DNA of 64,000 nucleotides from an uncultured Coriobacteriia bacterium. GTDB lineage: Bacteria; Actinomycetota; Coriobacteriia; Anaerosomatales; PHET01. Of this stretch, positions 61,701 to 64,000 are shown piece after piece. The notes below the pieces were generated by a model, which saw nothing but the letters and a program-made list of their open reading frames with translations, searched no databases and was not told where the DNA came from. The stretch covers positions 2,369,918 through 2,433,917 of the forward strand of contig OW818687.1 in the NCBI GenBank assembly GCA_942493275.1, given 5' to 3'. The stretch's first letter is position 1, and each line of letters begins with the position of its first letter. The position numbers and the translations under genes are program-made.

Positions 61701-64000
61701 GCACCCGTCCAGATCAGCGCCGAGGGAACCACCACGCTCGAGTACCGTTCGGTCGACGTGAAGGGCAACAGCGAGCAGGTCAACTCCGCGACCGTCACGA
61801 TCGACGACAGCGCCCCGGTGATCTCAGACAACGCCGCCGCACGCTACTTCGGCTCCGCCACCGTCACCCTGACGGTCTCAGACGCGCTCTCGGGTGTGGC
61901 CGATACCGAGTACCGCATCAACGGTGGCACCTGGACGTCGGGCACGAGCCTCACGATCCCCGAGACGGGCATCATCGTTCTCGAGTATCGCTCCACCGAC
62001 GTCGCGGGCAACGTCTCTGACACCACGACCAGAGAGTTCGTGGTGGTCAACCGCACGGAGAACGATGCGGCCATGGTGAGCTACACCGAGGCGTGGACCA
62101 GAAACACGCTCGCGGGCGCCTCGGGCGGCACCTATCAGACCACGACCGCCAACAACGCGACGGCAAACATCTCGTTCAACGGCAGGCGCATCGACCTGAT
62201 CGGCATCAAGGCGCCGTTCCTGGGCATCGCCAACGTCATCGTCGACGGCGGGGCCCAGATACCGGTCGACTGCTACAACCCCACGCAGCTCAACAACACG
62301 GTGGTGTGGAGTTCAGGCGAGCTCTCAGACGGCCCCCACACCCTGCGCGTGGAGTACACCGGCACCAAGAACCCGGCCGCGACAAACACGCGCGTGAGCA
62401 TCGACGCGTTCGACATCGTCGGATCGGCCGCGATGCGCCGCTACGAGCAAGACGACATCCTGGCCGCGTACTACGGGTCGTGGTCGACAAACAACCTGGC
62501 GAGCGCCTCGGGCACCACGTATCAGACCACCATCGCATCCGGCTCGTCGGCAGACATCGCCTTCAACGGCAAGCGCGTCGACCTGATCGGCATCAAGGCG
62601 CCGTTCCTGGGCATCGCCAACGTCATCGTCGACGGCGGGGCCCCGATACCGGTCGACTGCTACAACACCACGCAGCTCAACAACACGGTGCTGTGGAGCT
62701 CAGGCGAGCTCACAGACGGCCGCCACACGGTGCGCGTGGAGTACACCGGCACCAAGAACCCGGCCGCGAGCAACACCCGCGTGAGCATCGACGCGTTCGA
62801 CGTCGTGGGCTACCTCACTCCCCTGCGCTACGAGCAGAACAGTGCCTGGGCGAGCTACGTGGGCACCTGGACCGAGAACACGTACTCCGACGCCTCCGGC
62901 GGCACCTACAAGACCACCGTGGCAGCCGGCTCGGCCGCCAACATCGCCTTCGAGGGAACCGGCATCGACCTGATCGGCATCAAGGCGCCGTTCCTGGGCA
63001 TCGCCAACGTCATCCTCGACGGCGGCGAGCCGATCCCGGTCGACCAGTACGGCGCGGTGCAGAACCACCGCCAGGTCCTGTGGTCGGTGCGCAACCTCCC
63101 CTACGGGCGCCACACCGTCCGCGTCGAGTACACCGGGACCAAGAACCCGGCTTCGACCACGGCGCGCGTGAGCCTCGATGCCTACGACGTCACCGGGCAC
63201 CTCGGCCTGCGGCGCTACGCCGACTCCGACACCAACCTGGCCTACACCGGCACGTGGGCGACCAACTCCTACGCCGGCGCACTCGACAACTCATACCGCA
63301 CCACCATCACGTCAGGGACCGCGGCCCACATCGCCTTCAGCGGCAAGCGCATCGACCTGCTCGGCATCAAGGCGCCGTTCCTGGGCATCGCCAACGTCAT
63401 CATCGACGACGGCGCACCCATCCCGGTGGACTTCTACAACGCCACCCAGCTCGACCGCCAGGTGATCTGGAGCTCGGGCACGCTCACCGACGGCCCGCAC
63501 ACCCTGCGCATCGTGTGCACGGGTACCAAGAACCCCGCGGCCTCCTCGGTCAGAGTCAACCTCGACGGCCTCGACGTGGTCGGAGAGATGCGTGAGTCCG
63601 ATAAGGTCGCTCCTGTCACCGTGGATGACGCGCCCACCGGCTGGAGCAAGGACGACGTCAGCGTGAGGCTCACTGCGACTGACGCCTTGTCGGCTGTTGC
63701 CACTACGTACTACAAGCTCAACGGCGCCACGCCCGCCGTCTACACCACGCCCATCCTCGTCACTGAATCAGGGCTCAATTCGATTGAGTACTGGTCCGTG
63801 GACAGCCGTGGCAACGTCGAGCAGTCTCGTTCAACCTCAGTTCAAATCGACAAGTCGGCACCCGTTGTCAACATCAACGCGCCGAGCGGCTGGGTAGGCT
63901 CGCCGGCCATGGTGACGTTGGATGCGCTGGACAGCCAGAGCGGGCCGGATACCATCCTCTACTCGCTTGACGCATCCGCACCCAGCATTGCCTATGAAGG
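55716..64000 (+). CDS. Giant secreted/cell-surface repeat protein: signal peptide, NHL-repeat beta-propeller, at least 20 Ig-like ~80-aa domains and 6 CBM-like ~129-aa modules; 3' end beyond window
   Basis: Not in the ORF track because it has no stop; no other + strand ORF is listed in its frame. ATG at 55716 with GAAGGGG upstream. The N-terminus is MSRRSVVRSKWTTVTWYAMAVTALVAIAAVIPATAHA/AY. NHL motifs are YVADTGNNRIQ, LTGNNRVAKF, YVADTENSRVVRF and YVADAFNDAVYKM. These are followed by recurring D.TAP.T...GW..GPV.V.L.A.D..SGV....Y..DGG.W units. Confidence 0.9.
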   Translation, partial: MSRRSVVRSKWTTVTWYAMAVTALVAIAAVIPATAHAAYVPTTRDQMIFERYVVQGQGDYPQAITVSPFGDVYYTHSDYWDGLDASNSVHGVTSEGIEFFNVGASDYSQFMWPDGLALTPDGDLVVADTSETGDGDHNRLRMFDTSTGSLIRNVGGPGTGPLGFNMPYGVAVSDSGHVYVADTGNNRIQIIDAATGSFESMWSVPTTVGTSPDGLAFDPDGNLWVVLTGNNRVAKFSPTGTLLDTIDSWQEVDEQGDPTGTGTFWGPKDVAVDHFGVVYVADTENSRVVRFDSEGGWLATLYGADTPEAAFSYPTDVDCDVFGNLYVADAFNDAVYKMSLVMADPDTVPPVTTSNVTSVWQKGPVNVTLSATDASLSVEATYYSIDGSEPSVLYTGPFQITAEGTTQLQYYSVDTAENSELVKSQDVRIDNTNPAAAISLNQVTYGYETTVTMSATDSLSGVKNIVYILDNGTPKFYTGQFKVMGIGLHFIDYWSVDNAGNVEPFKHAWCSIEAPDANPPVSYSDAPSGWVNQNVSVEITATDDVSGVDDIYYSRDGSNPTVPYTGPLTFNAEGINVLKYHAIDLRGNAETVHTDNIKIDKSVPTASSDAVASYVDSATINFQASDSVSGVLDFVYRFNDGAWQHGYTFNTTQWGNHRVTWYATDQAGNTSSQRTDYFTVLQPDNEPPITGDDIPSSWVRGPVSINFDAHDVISSVAATYYSFDGSYPTNVYDPPLTYNVEGEHEVKFYSEDSRGNKEPVTTKTVRIDNTPPVSTSDVEEFYMGTAHITFTASDSLSSVNYLYYRLDGGTWTQGRSGDVLTTSAIGNHTLEYYAVDTPGNRETTQTANFRLVPPDTEPPVTTMIAPTGWVKGPVQVEFSAYDTTSTITGTYYSLTGGTPISAYTGPITVFAEGTTYITYRSVDEWSNWEDIKSGEVKIDNTAPLTSTDATSSYVDQAIVTFSPSDPLSGAKTTYYKIDGGAWQQGSSAYVTGYYYHTVYYYTVDNAGNVEPTKSATFRINRSDRYYDEDDSLILYRGNWNDINGTGVTNGTTDPNGSVWYYVQADRVWYYADIAPNAGIARLSIDNGPWIDIDLYNGWLRSNEIAWYSGDLEYDYHLIRIEYTGRKNPLSSGYGINLAQARVQGTMYPVPDSQAPVTTSNVNGDWQKGPVSVSLTSTDATTGVASTYYSTDGSNPSLTYSAPVSLTNQGTTVFKFYSVDKRGNAEAVHTEYVKIDNTAPVTTSNAASAYVGAATITLSPTDSHSGVASTFWRVDGGAWQTGLTASVANAPGDHLVEWYSVDALGNTETVKSASVAICTRYEQDASAIVYRGSGWSTAGNAARSGGSWAYTNAAGSSAYFVVQGTGLDLVASTGPTYGIARIVVDGGTPVNADLYSSTNKHQIRVAQIRGLSAGTHRVRIEWTGTKNASSSGTGIGIDAIDSVGTITPDVTAPVSTSDIVEGWRNTSSTVTLSAIDTDSYVASINYRINGGAPTVYSAPFSVTAEGDHTVEFWAVDGAGNAETPTTKHVRIDRTLPAGSHNADSAWQQGPVDVELTATDDRSAVASVLYSTDGSVPHLVYTDAITVSAEGETTIRFSVTDNAGNSVEPASALVRVDNTAPTTGDNAPDEWVGGPVDVTLTPSDARSGVATTTYTIDGGAPQTYTGTFTLSDEGDHTLQYWSIDHADNLESTTTKHVRIDDSAPVTTDDAPAGWVDGPVSVTLEATDTVSGLELTEYRLDGGAWSAYDAPVQISAEGTTTLEYRSVDVKGNSENINSATVRIDDSAPVTTDDAPAGWVDGPVSVTLEATDTVSGLELTEYRLNGGAWSAYDAPVQISAEGTTTLEYRSVDVKGNTEQINTATVRIDDSAPVTTDDAPAGWVDGPVSVTLEATDTVSGLELTEYRLDGGAWSAYDAPVQISAEGTTTLEYRSVDVKGNSENINSATVKIDDSAPVTSDDAPAGWVNGPVSVTLEATDAVSGLELTEYRLDGGAWSAYDAPVQISAEGTTTLEYRSVDVKGNSEQVNSATVTIDDSAPVISDNAAARYFGSATVTLTVSDALSGVADTEYRINGGTWTSGTSLTIPETGIIVLEYRSTDVAGNVSDTTTREFVVVNRTENDAAMVSYTEAWTRNTLAGASGGTYQTTTANNATANISFNGRRIDLIGIKAPFLGIANVIVDGGAQIPVDCYNPTQLNNTVVWSSGELSDGPHTLRVEYTGTKNPAATNTRVSIDAFDIVGSAAMRRYEQDDILAAYYGSWSTNNLASASGTTYQTTIASGSSADIAFNGKRVDLIGIKAPFLGIANVIVDGGAPIPVDCYNTTQLNNTVLWSSGELTDGRHTVRVEYTGTKNPAASNTRVSIDAFDVVGYLTPLRYEQNSAWASYVGTWTENTYSDASGGTYKTTVAAGSAANIAFEGTGIDLIGIKAPFLGIANVILDGGEPIPVDQYGAVQNHRQVLWSVRNLPYGRHTVRVEYTGTKNPASTTARVSLDAYDVTGHLGLRRYADSDTNLAYTGTWATNSYAGALDNSYRTTITSGTAAHIAFSGKRIDLLGIKAPFLGIANVIIDDGAPIPVDFYNATQLDRQVIWSSGTLTDGPHTLRIVCTGTKNPAASSVRVNLDGLDVVGEMRESDKVAPVTVDDAPTGWSKDDVSVRLTATDALSAVATTYYKLNGATPAVYTTPILVTESGLNSIEYWSVDSRGNVEQSRSTSVQIDKSAPVVNINAPSGWVGSPAMVTLDALDSQSGPDTILYSLDASAPSIAYE
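60807..61802 (+). repeat. Four tandem 249-bp (83-aa) near-identical coding repeats inside the giant gene
   Basis: Unit starts at 60807, 61056, 61305 and 61554; the next, diverged domain starts at 61803. By my reading units 1 and 3 differ at only 3 of 249 nt, and unit 2 differs at about a dozen positions. Confidence 0.9.
62052..63599 (+). repeat. Four tandem 387-bp (129-aa) CBM-like module repeats inside the giant gene
   Basis: The anchor tcgacctg...ggcatcaaggcgccgttcctgggcatcgccaacgtcatc recurs at 62191, 62578, 62965 and 63352, a period of 387. Each unit reads RYEQD..Y.G.W......ASGG.Y.TT...G..A.I.F.G..IDLIGIKAPFLGIANVI.DGG.PIPVD.Y......V.WSSG.L.DG.HT.RVEYTGTKNPA...RVS.DA.DV.G. Confidence 0.85.

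Noticed and set aside
60807-61802. Possible CRISPR array (regular tandem repeats)
   Set aside because: The period is 249 bp with no repeat/spacer alternation. The units are contiguous and in frame, each encodes one Ig-like domain, and no cas genes are nearby.

Overview
High-GC bacterial chromosome segment, Actinomycetota-like; gene content suggests a deep-branching, possibly anaerobic lineage, but that taxonomic call is inference only. From 1 to 55.6 kb there are about 60 tightly packed genes, all on the minus strand, many with 4-nt start/stop overlaps. In coordinate order they are: an Rrf2 regulator plus cysteine desulfurase; an FMN-riboswitch-controlled ribD-ribE-ribBA-ribH operon; rpe, gpsA, plsY, der, a PDZ/radical-SAM DUF512 gene, ispH, plsC, cmk, aroA, tyrA, hisC; the cobalamin nucleotide-loop genes cobU-cobT-cobS-cobC; rluB, scpA/scpB, trpS, an M50 protease, a DHH-CBS-CCA-adding enzyme fusion, deoA-deoB, and an orphan PilB/MshE-like ATPase. 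Next comes an 11-gene nuoABCDHIJKLMN operon with no nuoEFG, whose nuoI carries a ~500-aa GltD-like NAD(P)H/FAD/FeS insert; this is the top finding. After an ABC-F ATPase there is a lower-GC accessory stretch: a response regulator, GT-C-like and GT2 glycosyltransferases, and a 2.6-kb island bounded by ~80-bp direct repeats that include the 3' end of tRNA-Val. The island carries a small alpha/beta protein, a 2-TM protein and an AAA+ ATPase but no integrase. galE, two tandem wecB paralogs and a priming sugar transferase follow. From 55.7 kb to the window end a single plus-strand gene encodes the first >2760 aa of a giant secreted protein (NHL propeller, at least 20 Ig-like ~80-aa domains, 6 CBM-like modules) that contains four near-identical 249-bp tandem repeats. 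No CRISPR array, rRNA or transposase was seen. The many long ORFs antisense to these genes are high-GC shadows.
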